Source of the DNA: a virus
Taxonomy: Duplodnaviria; Caudoviricetes
Length of the DNA: 44,335 bases
Strand: one strand, 5' to 3'
IMG/VR virus record: IMGVR_UViG_3300033067_000620
Location: 1 to 44,335 of that record
Positions 9,460 through 20,345 of the stretch are shown piece by piece (position 1 is the first letter of the stretch; the number at the start of each line of letters is the position of its first letter). Both the position numbers and the translations under genes were made by a program. The notes beneath the pieces are model-generated. The model saw nothing but the letters and a program-made list of their open reading frames with translations. It was not told the origin of the DNA and searched no databases.

Positions 9460-12141
9460 TTATGCAAAACCTTGTCTTAATCCTACTAAATACATTTTTG
9501 TCCCATCTGAATAAAATCTTAGCCAATCTTTTTTATTAGCTGTGATAGTTAAAGTAGGTAAGCCTACAGTACCACCATCGTATAAAGTATCATAAGCTAA
9601 AGTACGACTTCCTGTAGCATCTTGTATTACGAATAAATCATAATAAGCACCAGCTTGCATATTGGTTGGATTTGCTAATGTTCTATTACCACCTAAAGTA
9701 ACAAATGCTTCTTGTGCTGTATCTAAATTCCAAGCTATGGAAGCTGCATCTATTAAACTTTTTGAAGCAAAATATTGCTGTTTAGTAAATGCGTTTACAG
9801 TATTTTTAAATTCAGAATTTAAGCCTATAATAGGTTTTACACAAGCTGGAGTTTGATATGCAAGAGTTTGTTCTAATAAATTAAGATTAAAATTAGTTCC
9901 TGTTTGTAAATGTAACGGTTGTTTAGCATAACTAATAGACCATAATGCATTAGTGCCTGAACCAGTAGTTTCTGTAACTGTTACAACTAGGGCTCCAGTA
10001 CCACTATTATATGATTCAATTATACCTATCATTTGTTTATCAATAGTGCCTGTTGTACTTCCATTAATATAAACTTTTTCTTTTGCTACAAAGAAATCTG
10101 CGGGTAATCCCGTAGTAGTGGTAAAAGTTTTACTACCTGTTCCAACAGTAATAGATGTAGTTGAAGGCATAGCTTGAAAAGTATTTTTTGGTAACATACT
10201 AGAACCAGCATTCATAAACACTTCACCAGTATAACCATTTACATTTTCTAAATGAGTAAAACTATGTAAATAAGGGAAATTAGATGGTGCCGTACTAGCT
10301 GGATAACCTCCTCCATATTCACCTTTACAATTAAAAGCATTAGATATATGGGCTAATCCAGCATGACAAGAAGCTAATTTCCATGAGGTGATACTTTTAC
10401 TAGTATCACCAAATACGTTTAATACATGTAATTGAACTATACCGGTAGTATTAGCATAATTTGTAACTCTAGCAAACATATAATTACGAGGGTCTGTAGT
10501 GTCATATACTATTACAGGCATACCACTAAAGAATTGCCTAAAATAAAATACACCAAAATCAAAAGGTATATTAAAAGTTATAGCTACTCCAGTAGCCGTA
10601 GTTGTAGCATTATCGCTAATTGTAACTTGTGTTGAACTATCAATAGAAGTTATATAAGTACCTAAATAATTAAAAGGCACAGCACCTACTACTGTTTGGC
10701 CTATAAATAATCCAGCAGTACTTGGTATATTTGTTATAATTTTAGACCCTGTAGTTATATTACCTGTAGTAGCTAGGTAGGCTCCAGGTATAGTAAAAGT
10801 ATCTAATGAAGCAGAAATAGCTGTAGCTAATGTTTTACCAGAAGTAGTTATTGCATATTCCATTTTGTTTAAATTATTTGGAGCAGCATATAACCATAAT
10901 TTATCTATAAATACTTCAGCAGCTTGGTCTATATCTAAAAGATAGTCCATAGCGTATTCATTATTTTCAATTTTACAATTATCTAAAAATATGTCAATTA
11001 TATTTTGGCCATGTATACGTAGTCCACAACCAGCACAATTTTCAATACGAAATCCTGTCCATATTTGGTTATTAGAGGTTGAATTACCTGTATCAGTAGA
11101 ATTAATAGTTATTGCAGCTTTAGCTTCGAATGTAACTGTGCGAGTTCCAGTATAATTAGCTGCAGTAGATAATACTAAAGTTGTTCCATTGGTAATACTA
11201 GCTATTCTAACTGTTTGTAATCCTGTGCCGTAAATACGTTGACCTCTATATAAACCAGTAGTACTAGATACAGTAGCTGTAGTAGAGCCATTTGTCATGG
11301 TCATAGATTTATTATACCCATTATGTTGACCACACCAAGTAACACGAATATTATTAAAACGGCTATCCATTACTTCTCGTAACATTACACCGCCTAATGC
11401 TTGTGTAATAACAGCATTATTCCAAAAGAATTCATACCCTGCTTCTGCATAAAGTACAGGATAATCTGCACTTGTATCAAATCTATCCCAACCACCATTT
11501 ATTGTTATATCACGAACATTGACTTGCGCAATTAAAGCGTTATAGCCTGTTACAGCTAATGATGTACCAATAAATCTAAAACCTGCATAACTAACTGTAC
11601 GAACCCAATGCGGAGTATAAGCTTTACCATCTGCAGAACCTATATCACCGATAAAATTAATAAAACCATTACGAGCGCCAAGAATATAAGGAAAATCGAT
11701 AAATGTATTAAATCGATAGTAGCCTGTTGGTGTTATCGGAGGTGGGGTATAAATTGTATTACGGTTATTAGTAACACAATAAGCTATAGCTTTACGTAAA
11801 GCAGTACCATCTAATTCATCTGTTAATGATGTTGCTTGAGGATATACTACTTGTGCATCAACTAAGGTGGCAAAGTCTAATGATAAAGGATGAGCTACTC
11901 CATTACCAATAGCACCAAAATCAATAACATTAACTGGAATTGAACGTACAATAGCAACTAATGAAGCTGCTACTGTTTGAATGTCTACTATATTATCTGC
12001 TACAGTTACAACAGCATTAATATTATTAGCTACAGTAACTACTGAAGATAAAGCTGCATTAACAGCAATTGTTTCTGGTGCAGCTGTTCCAGCTATGCCA
12101 CGATTACCTTGTCTACCCATTCTTACTTTAATTACGCTCAT
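9460..12141 (-). CDS. Tailspike / depolymerase with beta-helix (pectate lyase-like) domain
   Basis: VNVIDFGAIGNG...D..ALRKAI beta-helix cap, N-terminal VVTVA.NI repeats, Thr/Gly-rich inserts, C-terminal QDATGSRTL domain. Confidence 0.85.
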   Translation of the reverse strand: MSVIKVRMGRQGNRGIAGTAAPETIAVNAALSSVVTVANNINAVVTVADNIVDIQTVAASLVAIVRSIPVNVIDFGAIGNGVAHPLSLDFATLVDAQVVYPQATSLTDELDGTALRKAIAYCVTNNRNTIYTPPPITPTGYYRFNTFIDFPYILGARNGFINFIGDIGSADGKAYTPHWVRTVSYAGFRFIGTSLAVTGYNALIAQVNVRDITINGGWDRFDTSADYPVLYAEAGYEFFWNNAVITQALGGVMLREVMDSRFNNIRVTWCGQHNGYNKSMTMTNGSTTATVSSTTGLYRGQRIYGTGLQTVRIASITNGTTLVLSTAANYTGTRTVTFEAKAAITINSTDTGNSTSNNQIWTGFRIENCAGCGLRIHGQNIIDIFLDNCKIENNEYAMDYLLDIDQAAEVFIDKLWLYAAPNNLNKMEYAITTSGKTLATAISASLDTFTIPGAYLATTGNITTGSKIITNIPSTAGLFIGQTVVGAVPFNYLGTYITSIDSSTQVTISDNATTTATGVAITFNIPFDFGVFYFRQFFSGMPVIVYDTTDPRNYMFARVTNYANTTGIVQLHVLNVFGDTSKSITSWKLASCHAGLAHISNAFNCKGEYGGGYPASTAPSNFPYLHSFTHLENVNGYTGEVFMNAGSSMLPKNTFQAMPSTTSITVGTGSKTFTTTTGLPADFFVAKEKVYINGSTTGTIDKQMIGIIESYNSGTGALVVTVTETTGSGTNALWSISYAKQPLHLQTGTNFNLNLLEQTLAYQTPACVKPIIGLNSEFKNTVNAFTKQQYFASKSLIDAASIAWNLDTAQEAFVTLGGNRTLANPTNMQAGAYYDLFVIQDATGSRTLAYDTLYDGGTVGLPTLTITANKKDWLRFYSDGTKMYLVGLRQGFA

Positions 12142-12154
12142 TTATTTATCTTTC

Positions 12155-12517
12155 CTAAACATCGCTTGTATAAGTTACTTTGCCTTCTATAATTCTTTCA
12201 GTTTCTATAGTAGGATATTCATCATCAATTAGTTTTATATTATGTACAGCTGTGGACATATTTTTATTTGTTTCTGTTGCAGGTATACTAATACAAAATA
12301 CACCATTAGCAGGGTCTAAACGAGTTGTACCTTCGTTTGCTTCAGTTAATTGATGTACCCAATTATTAGCATTAAAAGACTGCTTAATAGTACATACTAC
12401 TTTTTTCCCTACAAGAGAAATAGGAGTAACTCCATCATCTTCAGTTAACTGAAATTCTTGATAAAATTTAGCCCCTTTTTGTATAATAAAATCTATCCTT
12501 TCTGCTGTATCAAACAT
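12155..12517 (-). CDS. Tail fibre attachment / BppU-like adaptor
   Basis: Likely start MFDTAER; IQKGA.F...P.SL.G...G.F.ISIPATET...RIIEGKV pattern. Confidence 0.55.
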   Translation of the reverse strand: MFDTAERIDFIIQKGAKFYQEFQLTEDDGVTPISLVGKKVVCTIKQSFNANNWVHQLTEANEGTTRLDPANGVFCISIPATETNKNMSTAVHNIKLIDDEYPTIETERIIEGKVTYTSDV

Positions 12518-12518
12518 A

Positions 12519-15434
12519 TTACTGCAGCCTTTCATTTTTAAATTTTTGTTTAGCCACTCCAGTTAATGGTTTGATAGCATCTTTAATATCAACTGACCCT
12601 GTAATATCATCTGTTAAGTTACTAAAAGTGCCTTTATTGCCAGATTCATCTTTAAATAAATTAGACCTAGGTGTTTTATATCCTGGTTGTGTTTCTGGAA
12701 ATAGCATAACTTTATCATCTACACGTACACCATCATAACCCTGGTCAATTAATTGTTTACGCATAGTCGAGTCTGAGCGTAAATTTTTAATACCTGGTTT
12801 ACCTGTTCCATCAAATATCTTTGTAGTGTTTACCTTATGGCTAATTACGTTCATTTCAGAAGTTGGGTTTTTAATCCTATCAACTAAGTAAATACCTTTA
12901 CCTAACGCGCCATCTGTTACAGTTAGTTTACCATTTGAAGATTGTTTATACATTTTAGTAAAAGCTGTTGGTTCAATAGGACCAACTTTTGCTTGTTGAA
13001 TTTGTAACTCTTTAATTAAAGATTGCATTTCAGTTTTTTGTATTACAGGCATTTCCTTAACTAATTCTTCAGCTGTTCTAGCGTGTAAAGGATTAGAAAG
13101 TAATTTCTCTACTTGATGGATTAAAGCTATATTACGTGCAGATTTTAATGGTGCATATTTATATAAACTATTCCAAGCATACAATACAATACTTTGTTTA
13201 CCTTTTTGCAAAAGATTAGTAGCTAAGGAGTTAGACTTTTGAGCTAATGTTTTACCTGCCAGTCCTGATAATTCAGCATCATTACGGTATACTTTACTGA
13301 TTTCATCTATAACAGAGGCTAGATTTTTAGTTTCAGGTGTAGATAAGTTTAATGCTTTTAAATCTTCAGCTAACTGCGGAAAATCAATAGCTTGTAATTC
13401 TGTTGAATTACCAAAAGTATTTTTATTAATTAAATTTTTAAGGGCTGCGCTTTCCACCTTAGTTTTAGTAGCATTTGAAAGTCTACTAACTATAGCATTA
13501 AATACTTCTGTATCAACTTCTTTATCATTACTGTATTTAGATAAAGCACGCTGTATTCCTTCTTCAGTAATACCAGGACGATTTATAATTTTAAACATAG
13601 TATTTTCTTGCATAACTTTCATTTTAGCATATTCTGATTTTGCTAATTGAAAGTTTTTAGACCATTGTTTTCCATCAGGCATATATTCTTTAACAGCTTT
13701 ATCAATAGCTGTATCAACTTTACCTAATACTTGATTAAGTGCTTCAATATCTTTTGTACCTAGTACTTTGCTATATTTAAAATCATTTATAGCAGCACGT
13801 AACTCTAATAAGCCACTAAAAGTTCTATCTTTAGAAGCATAAGCAATACGACTAGCATATCCAACAAAACGTTCACGCATAATAGGGTCAGACAGTTTAG
13901 ACTCTATATGTTTCATCACAGGGTCAATAGCTAGTTTATCTAGGTCAAATCTAAAGTCTGTACCATCAACAGCTTCTGCGCCTTGTTTTTTAATTGTGTC
14001 GTAAAAGTTTTTAACATCGTCTTGATAAGCTTTTAAATCACTACGAACAGCATTACCAGCATTCTCATCTGCAATATTATTAACTGCAGTATGTAAACTT
14101 TTAGCACGTGTATCAATACTTTGTTTAGCTATAGTTGCAACACGTTCATTTATTTGTGAAGCAGATTTAACAGCACTTTCTGCATTTTTACCCGTATTAG
14201 AAACTACATTAATAGCTTTTTCTTCAAATGTACTTCCTGGTGCACTAGTTTTGTTAAAATTTTCCCACTTGGTAACCATATCTTTAATTTGGTTATCATC
14301 TAAGTTTAAATTTTCTTTAAGAGCTTTATAGGCTCCTTTAGGATTACCATGTGATACATATTTATAAGCTTTAATTATACTTCTATAGCCTTTAGCGCCA
14401 ACTTTAAAAGCCATAGAACCAAGAGTACTAAAAGTTATATCGGCTATACCTGCTTGTTTAATTTGTGTAAGGTATAAACTAGTGGATAAATCCTCACTTA
14501 ATTTTTTAGAATTTATGTATAAATCAACGGCACGACCTGCCATAGCTCCTGTAGCAGAACCGGCTAAACCACCTACTATAGAACCGATACCTACTGAAAT
14601 AGGTTCTATAGGTGGAAAAGCTAAACCTGCAGCTGCTCCTGCAACTGCTCCTGCTCTTACACCAGCGATACCTCCTGCAACAGCTCCTGCAAATTCACCC
14701 TTACTATTTAATAAACCATTAATCATACTACTGTCTATTTCAGTAATATTTCCAGCTTTATCCTTCATCATTACTGCGCCGTCATCAGTATTAATAAAGG
14801 CGTCAATACCTTCTTTTTTAAGCTTTTCAGTTAGATTAGCATTAAGTCTATTAATATCTCTACGAGCAGAAATGGCTGTTTCTGTATCAAATAAACCAAC
14901 TACTTGTTTACCTAAAGTTGCATATTCATAATGAATATTTTTATACAAGTCAGAAAGTTCCATAGCTTTATCTTCTTCACTAGGAGCATTCTCTTGTGTT
15001 TTATAATCTAATTTAGTATATTTATCATCTATACGAGAAGCGCCAACTGCATCAGAAACTGTTTTTATGTCATACCCTGAAGAAGTTAAATGATTAAGTA
15101 TTTCATCTTCAGAATAACCCGCATCTTTAGCTTTTTTAACATTTGTTGCTACAGTAGATGTAATAGCTAAGCTAGCATCATTTTCATCTAAACCTTGACT
15201 TTGTAAATATTGTTGTACTTCTTCAGTTGAATAACCACTATTTAAAGCTTTTTGAATATTAGAATTATTAACTAAATTTAAATCAGACTGAGTTGTTTGT
15301 TCTTCTGGCGTGCCAGTTATGTCTATTCTTAATCTTTGAGGCTCACTAGTAGTTACAGTTGAATTAACTTGAGGTAAATCAATTTGTGGTAAACCATCTT
15401 CATTAATTTGTGATTTATCTAAAATAGTAGTCAT
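12519..15434 (-). CDS. Large internal virion (DNA ejection) protein
   Basis: 971 aa, helical, central Gly/Ala-rich hydrophobic segment, N-terminal GYS..E repeats; podovirus ejectosome context. Confidence 0.7.
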   Translation of the reverse strand: MTTILDKSQINEDGLPQIDLPQVNSTVTTSEPQRLRIDITGTPEEQTTQSDLNLVNNSNIQKALNSGYSTEEVQQYLQSQGLDENDASLAITSTVATNVKKAKDAGYSEDEILNHLTSSGYDIKTVSDAVGASRIDDKYTKLDYKTQENAPSEEDKAMELSDLYKNIHYEYATLGKQVVGLFDTETAISARRDINRLNANLTEKLKKEGIDAFINTDDGAVMMKDKAGNITEIDSSMINGLLNSKGEFAGAVAGGIAGVRAGAVAGAAAGLAFPPIEPISVGIGSIVGGLAGSATGAMAGRAVDLYINSKKLSEDLSTSLYLTQIKQAGIADITFSTLGSMAFKVGAKGYRSIIKAYKYVSHGNPKGAYKALKENLNLDDNQIKDMVTKWENFNKTSAPGSTFEEKAINVVSNTGKNAESAVKSASQINERVATIAKQSIDTRAKSLHTAVNNIADENAGNAVRSDLKAYQDDVKNFYDTIKKQGAEAVDGTDFRFDLDKLAIDPVMKHIESKLSDPIMRERFVGYASRIAYASKDRTFSGLLELRAAINDFKYSKVLGTKDIEALNQVLGKVDTAIDKAVKEYMPDGKQWSKNFQLAKSEYAKMKVMQENTMFKIINRPGITEEGIQRALSKYSNDKEVDTEVFNAIVSRLSNATKTKVESAALKNLINKNTFGNSTELQAIDFPQLAEDLKALNLSTPETKNLASVIDEISKVYRNDAELSGLAGKTLAQKSNSLATNLLQKGKQSIVLYAWNSLYKYAPLKSARNIALIHQVEKLLSNPLHARTAEELVKEMPVIQKTEMQSLIKELQIQQAKVGPIEPTAFTKMYKQSSNGKLTVTDGALGKGIYLVDRIKNPTSEMNVISHKVNTTKIFDGTGKPGIKNLRSDSTMRKQLIDQGYDGVRVDDKVMLFPETQPGYKTPRSNLFKDESGNKGTFSNLTDDITGSVDIKDAIKPLTGVAKQKFKNERLQ

Positions 15435-17269
15435 TATGCTGCTCCCTCATTTGTATTTTGTGGGAGCTTTAAAGAAGAAGATTTATTAGAACTTTTAGAT
15501 GGAGTAGTTGCATCCATAGGCTCTGGTGGAGGTGCTCCTCCTGTAATCATTTGAGCTGTTTGTTCAAGTATTTCACTTATATCCATACTATGCTTAGTTT
15601 TCATAGATTTAACACTTAAACTAGCAGCTTTAAAGAAACCAGCAGGATTTACTTGAGTTAAAAGACTTCCAATATTACCTTGTAAGAATGTTTCTAACAT
15701 TAGTTGATTCTTTTCATCTTCATCATTATAGGCAGTAGAATCAATATCTACATCTACATCAGTAAAAGCAATATCTGTTTCAGATGTAGGAACAGGAGCT
15801 ATTATTATATTACCTTTATCGTCTTTTTCAGGTTTATTAGTAGCAGGGTCTAATACTTCTTCCCAAACTAGGTCCATAATAGGTTGTCCATTAGGATCAA
15901 ATTTACCATTCCACATAGTTAATGGTTTATTTACTTCAACCCAACGTTCACCAACACTATCATCTACTATTCTTAAAGCTTGATAAGCGGTATAATATTG
16001 TTTAACTAAATTAACAATATCCCAACCTAACATACGATAAAATTGTTCAAAGCGAACCGTAATATATCTAAGAGATAGTGTTGTGGAATTTTGTTGTAAT
16101 TTAACTTTACGACCGCTATCAGAAGCAAATGCCATACCTAAGAAACTATCATTAACACCTAATACTTTTTGTATACGGTCAAATGCTTTATCTATAATAG
16201 TATATTGGTCAAGAACTTCTTTAGATAGGTTGTCTATTTTTATTTTAGATAAAGCTTTTACAGGAATTACAGCATTAACACGATTAAATTCTTTTTTAAA
16301 GTCATCTATATCTTCAACACCACCTTTTTCTATATAAGCTTTTTGAGTATTAACCATTAGTTGTATTTTAAGTACGGCTTGATTAATAGCATGTTGGCTT
16401 TGTACGACTTCACGAAAAATACCATAATGTTCTGCAATATTACTTATATGTACTTTATGAACTCTATAAGGATTTTTTACTTCTTTATAGGTTACTTCTT
16501 TACGGCTTAATTCTTCTTCACCACACCAAAATATCGACCATGTTTTATCTTTATTATCAGTTATTATAGTATGAACTAAACAGTAATTATTATAACGTTT
16601 AAAATAACCTTCAAACATAGTATTAAAAGAACGCTCAAATTCTGCTTCATTTATTAGTAAATGATTCTCGTAAGCGTTAAGTCTATCAATAGCTTCTTTT
16701 TTATCTTTAAATAGTTTACGTAAAGCTTCTTCACTAACCCATTTGTACCTATGTATAAAACGAGCATCACTATAATCTTCTAATCTAGATAAAGGGTCTA
16801 AAACTAATTCTGACCAAGGAACATGAGCTAATGTTACTTTGCGAATAATTCTACCAAATTGGTCTTTTTGTTTAGTATCTTCTACATCTTCATAACAAGC
16901 CATAACGCCTGCTAATAGACCGTCAAGTTTTATTTTATCTCCTTCAGTTTCCATTTTATTAACACGCATAACTTGGCTTGTAATATCATTTAATAACGAA
17001 GCTGTTACAATTTGACGATAATGAACTGGATTTACTTTAACAGTATTAACTACAGTAGAATAATACCCTAATAATAGACGGCCAAAAAGTTTTATTATAT
17101 TAAAAGTTTCTGCCGGTTGTCCACGTTCAGCTAATGTAGACAATTGAGAATCGTTATATTGCCGATTATGGAATAAATTTTCTACTTCTTGAGCTTCAAT
17201 ACGACTATCCTCATAAACAGTATAACCTATTTTAAAGGTATCTTTAATTGTTTCTAATGAGGTATCCAT
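15434..17269 (-). CDS. Portal protein (P22-like)
   Basis: 611 aa; QY...L..RGQP..TFNIIK, LVLDP...DYSDARFI, Q.AIN, SGR.V..QQ patterns typical of P22/N4-type portals. Confidence 0.85.
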   Translation of the reverse strand: MDTSLETIKDTFKIGYTVYEDSRIEAQEVENLFHNRQYNDSQLSTLAERGQPAETFNIIKLFGRLLLGYYSTVVNTVKVNPVHYRQIVTASLLNDITSQVMRVNKMETEGDKIKLDGLLAGVMACYEDVEDTKQKDQFGRIIRKVTLAHVPWSELVLDPLSRLEDYSDARFIHRYKWVSEEALRKLFKDKKEAIDRLNAYENHLLINEAEFERSFNTMFEGYFKRYNNYCLVHTIITDNKDKTWSIFWCGEEELSRKEVTYKEVKNPYRVHKVHISNIAEHYGIFREVVQSQHAINQAVLKIQLMVNTQKAYIEKGGVEDIDDFKKEFNRVNAVIPVKALSKIKIDNLSKEVLDQYTIIDKAFDRIQKVLGVNDSFLGMAFASDSGRKVKLQQNSTTLSLRYITVRFEQFYRMLGWDIVNLVKQYYTAYQALRIVDDSVGERWVEVNKPLTMWNGKFDPNGQPIMDLVWEEVLDPATNKPEKDDKGNIIIAPVPTSETDIAFTDVDVDIDSTAYNDEDEKNQLMLETFLQGNIGSLLTQVNPAGFFKAASLSVKSMKTKHSMDISEILEQTAQMITGGAPPPEPMDATTPSKSSNKSSSLKLPQNTNEGAA

Positions 17270-19278
17270 TAACCAGCCTTTCCACTAAGAATATCAGCTA
17301 GGGGAGGACGCGCATCTTTATTATTAAAAGTTGCTCTATTTACAGAATTAGGTCTAACTGATGATACGTTAGGAGAATCTGATGATACTTTAGAACCATC
17401 TGGATTTAAACGGCCTTCTATGTAATCAATACGTTGTTGTAGAGCACTTTTAACACTATCAAGTTTCTTTTGATCAGCACCTAGTAAAACATGCATAGTA
17501 TAAGGATTACCTAATCTAGCTGCTGTGTCTAATTTAGAACTTACTTGAGTAAGAGCTACTTTATATTGTTCTAATATAGGGCCTAATTGCTGACTATTAT
17601 TACCATAAGCTTCATCAAATGATTTTATCTCCCCATCAGTAAGAGTAGAGCCATATAAGGCATGTCTAATAGAACTTCTAAATGCAGACATTGCAGCTTG
17701 TTTGTCTGTCCCACTAGATGTATCGCTAATATATTTCATTAAACCTTTAAAGTTACTATCAATTACACCTACTTGACTAGCGGATATTTTAGACGCAGGG
17801 TCAGCAACAGTAATTAAAGAGCGAATATCTGTAATATTCTTTTTATCCTCATTAGATAAATCATTACCCTGTAATTTATTAATTTTAACTACTTTAGACC
17901 AAGCTTTATTAAAATTGTCATTATTTCCAAAATCAGTAGCGAAAAAGTTTTTTTCTCCTCCAAAATCTTTTAATAATTGTTTTTCTTGTATATCAGCTGC
18001 GGCTAAATCTTTTTGATTAGTTGTCAAACCTTCAGTAGCTAATTTAACTTTATTGGCTGTTATTGCTGCCTGTGCCTTTGCTGCATCTGTTTGAGACTCT
18101 AAATCTACATTTTCACTTGTAGTTCCTTTAGCAGCATTTGCATTACCTCTAATAAAATCACGTATAACTGCAATACGATTATCAGCTTGACTAGCTTGTT
18201 TATCTGTTAAAGATTTTAAATCAGGTGTATTACCTAATTGTTTGCCTGCTGTAATAGCTTCATTACCTGCTGTATAATAACTTTCACCTGCCGCATAGTT
18301 ATTCATTATTTTACTTACATACTTTTGTGTTTCTTCGTAAGGAGGTATACCCCCGTACTTGTCAACATTTCCAGGGCCTGCATTATAAGCAGCAAGTGCT
18401 AACTGAGTATTACCATCATACTTAGTTAGCATTTTAGCCATATATTTAGCTCCGGCCATAATATTCTGTCCTGGATTATTAATATCTGTTACGCCTAGTT
18501 CAGTTGCAGTTTCAGGCATTAATTGCATCAAACCAGTTGCGCCTTTATTAGATATCGCATTTGGGTTATTACGACTTTCAATATTCATCATTGAAGCGAT
18601 TAGATTACCTGGAACTCCTGTTGCATCTGAAGCAGCTTTTATATCTGATTCATATTTATGACCTTCAACAGTATTAGCTGATGATTTAGGCCCGGCCATA
18701 AAATCCCTAAATTCTTGGTGATTATCTAGTATAGGTTGTGCTCTATTACTACCTAGTCTAGATACAACTCCTGTTTCTTTGGCAACATTATTTAAAAGAC
18801 CTATATTCCATTGTTGCCCGTCATAAAATTTATAAATATTACGCTTAAGAATATTTTGCTTTTCTGGCGTATCATATTCAGCCTCATTAAATCCAGTTTT
18901 AGCAAGTATATTTTTGTCATTTTGGAAATCCACGTTAGTAACATTGAGAACTCCTCGCTGATTCCATGCTTGTTTAATATAAGGATTTTTGTCCATAGCA
19001 TTTTGAAGATGATTAGCATCACCAGTTTCCGCATAGTCCAATATAGCATTATCTGTATCTTGAGCTGCCAATTTTCCTTGTAACGAATGAGCCAGTTGTA
19101 AAACTTGTTTAACTTGTTCTTGTTCAGCATCTGCTTTTGTTCCTGGCATAATAGCTAGTGTATCAGGGTCATATCCCCTGATACGTAATTCATCATCACG
19201 TTTCTTTTTTTCTAAATTAAGAGCTTCTCTTTGATTATTAACTTGATCAGCAGCTATTAAACTTTGTAAAATACTCAT
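17269..19278 (-). CDS. Internal virion protein with soluble lytic transglycosylase domain
   Basis: IES (catalytic Glu), GATGLMQLMP, ALAAYNAGPG, ETQKYV. Confidence 0.9.
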   Translation of the reverse strand: MSILQSLIAADQVNNQREALNLEKKKRDDELRIRGYDPDTLAIMPGTKADAEQEQVKQVLQLAHSLQGKLAAQDTDNAILDYAETGDANHLQNAMDKNPYIKQAWNQRGVLNVTNVDFQNDKNILAKTGFNEAEYDTPEKQNILKRNIYKFYDGQQWNIGLLNNVAKETGVVSRLGSNRAQPILDNHQEFRDFMAGPKSSANTVEGHKYESDIKAASDATGVPGNLIASMMNIESRNNPNAISNKGATGLMQLMPETATELGVTDINNPGQNIMAGAKYMAKMLTKYDGNTQLALAAYNAGPGNVDKYGGIPPYEETQKYVSKIMNNYAAGESYYTAGNEAITAGKQLGNTPDLKSLTDKQASQADNRIAVIRDFIRGNANAAKGTTSENVDLESQTDAAKAQAAITANKVKLATEGLTTNQKDLAAADIQEKQLLKDFGGEKNFFATDFGNNDNFNKAWSKVVKINKLQGNDLSNEDKKNITDIRSLITVADPASKISASQVGVIDSNFKGLMKYISDTSSGTDKQAAMSAFRSSIRHALYGSTLTDGEIKSFDEAYGNNSQQLGPILEQYKVALTQVSSKLDTAARLGNPYTMHVLLGADQKKLDSVKSALQQRIDYIEGRLNPDGSKVSSDSPNVSSVRPNSVNRATFNNKDARPPLADILSGKAG

Positions 19279-19279
19279 A

Positions 19280-19936
19280 TTATTTCTTTCCCGCTATATA
19301 CGCTGCTGAACTGATTACATCAGACATTGCATTCATATTAGCTACTCCAAGATTTGTAGACTGACTAAGGTAAGAATTAGCCATACTTGTTCTAGAGTTA
19401 ATACCTGTAGCGAATGAATTTGTAACATTTGCAGCTGAATTTCCAACAGTACTTAATAATTGTGTACCTTGTCCCAATCCAACGCCAAGAAATTTTAACT
19501 TTTCTTCTGCTGCCATTTGGTCTCCACTAGACCTTATAGTAGCTCTAGCTGTAGCATTTTGGACTTTAGCTACTGTAGAAGCAGTAGTTTCTTGTCCACT
19601 ATTTGAAAGTCCTCTTTGAGCAAAATCACGTGCTATGGATTTTTCAACAGCTTGATATTCTTGCTGCTGTTTTTCTAATCCTAATGATACTAATTTATCT
19701 GGAGTAAGATTTTTATAATAATTACCAAGATTTGTTTGAATATCTCCATAGATATTCTTCCAATCTGTATATTGGTCTTTGGTAAATTCTAATTGATCTT
19801 TTGCTAATTGAATTTGTTCTGCTGACATAGCATTTGCAGCAGCTGCATTTTCAGCGGCTGCTGCCGCAGCTTTTTTTTCGCCTGCATGATTTGTTAAACC
19901 AATAGCATCTGTTATACCACCTACTATACTACCCAT
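19280..19936 (-). CDS. Internal virion / pilot (ejection) protein
   Basis: Ala/Gln/Gly-rich; AQRGLSNSG motif; N-terminal Gly-rich helix. Confidence 0.65.
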   Translation of the reverse strand: MGSIVGGITDAIGLTNHAGEKKAAAAAAENAAAANAMSAEQIQLAKDQLEFTKDQYTDWKNIYGDIQTNLGNYYKNLTPDKLVSLGLEKQQQEYQAVEKSIARDFAQRGLSNSGQETTASTVAKVQNATARATIRSSGDQMAAEEKLKFLGVGLGQGTQLLSTVGNSAANVTNSFATGINSRTSMANSYLSQSTNLGVANMNAMSDVISSAAYIAGKK

Positions 19937-20345
19937 TAGCTATCTCCTTAATGTACCTAGTGTACTTCGCTTTGGCGCCGTACTTTTCCATTATAGAAGA
20001 GATGTTGCTATTGGTGGCATCAACTTGCCAAGCAGAGTATCCCTTATTTTCTATCAATTTAAAGCAATATTCTATTAATTCTTTAGTGCGAATATTATTT
20101 TTAATTTTAACATAAATTCCAGAAAAATGAAACAATTTTTTTGCAAAACAATAGCCTTTTACAAAACCTATAAGTTTATCTTCTTCATATAAACCAATTG
20201 CTATAAAATCTTTTTGGGAATTAATTTCATACATTAAAGTATTAGTAGCACCAAAACTATCTATTGTTGAATCTATATTAAAATACATTTCTGCATTTAA
20301 TGCTATTAAAGATAAAAAATCTTTATTTGTAATTTCTTGTATCAT
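19929..20345 (-). CDS. GNAT-fold acetyltransferase-like protein
   Basis: EDKLIGFV...HFSGIYV...ELIEY...GY...MEKYG GNAT topology; acetyl-CoA loop is degenerate. Confidence 0.6.
   Translation of the reverse strand: MIQEITNKDFLSLIALNAEMYFNIDSTIDSFGATNTLMYEINSQKDFIAIGLYEEDKLIGFVKGYCFAKKLFHFSGIYVKIKNNIRTKELIEYCFKLIENKGYSAWQVDATNSNISSIMEKYGAKAKYTRYIKEIANG

Noticed and set aside
14481-14490. DnaA-box-like AGTGGATAA
   Set aside because: Single mismatched copy inside a coding region; expected by chance.
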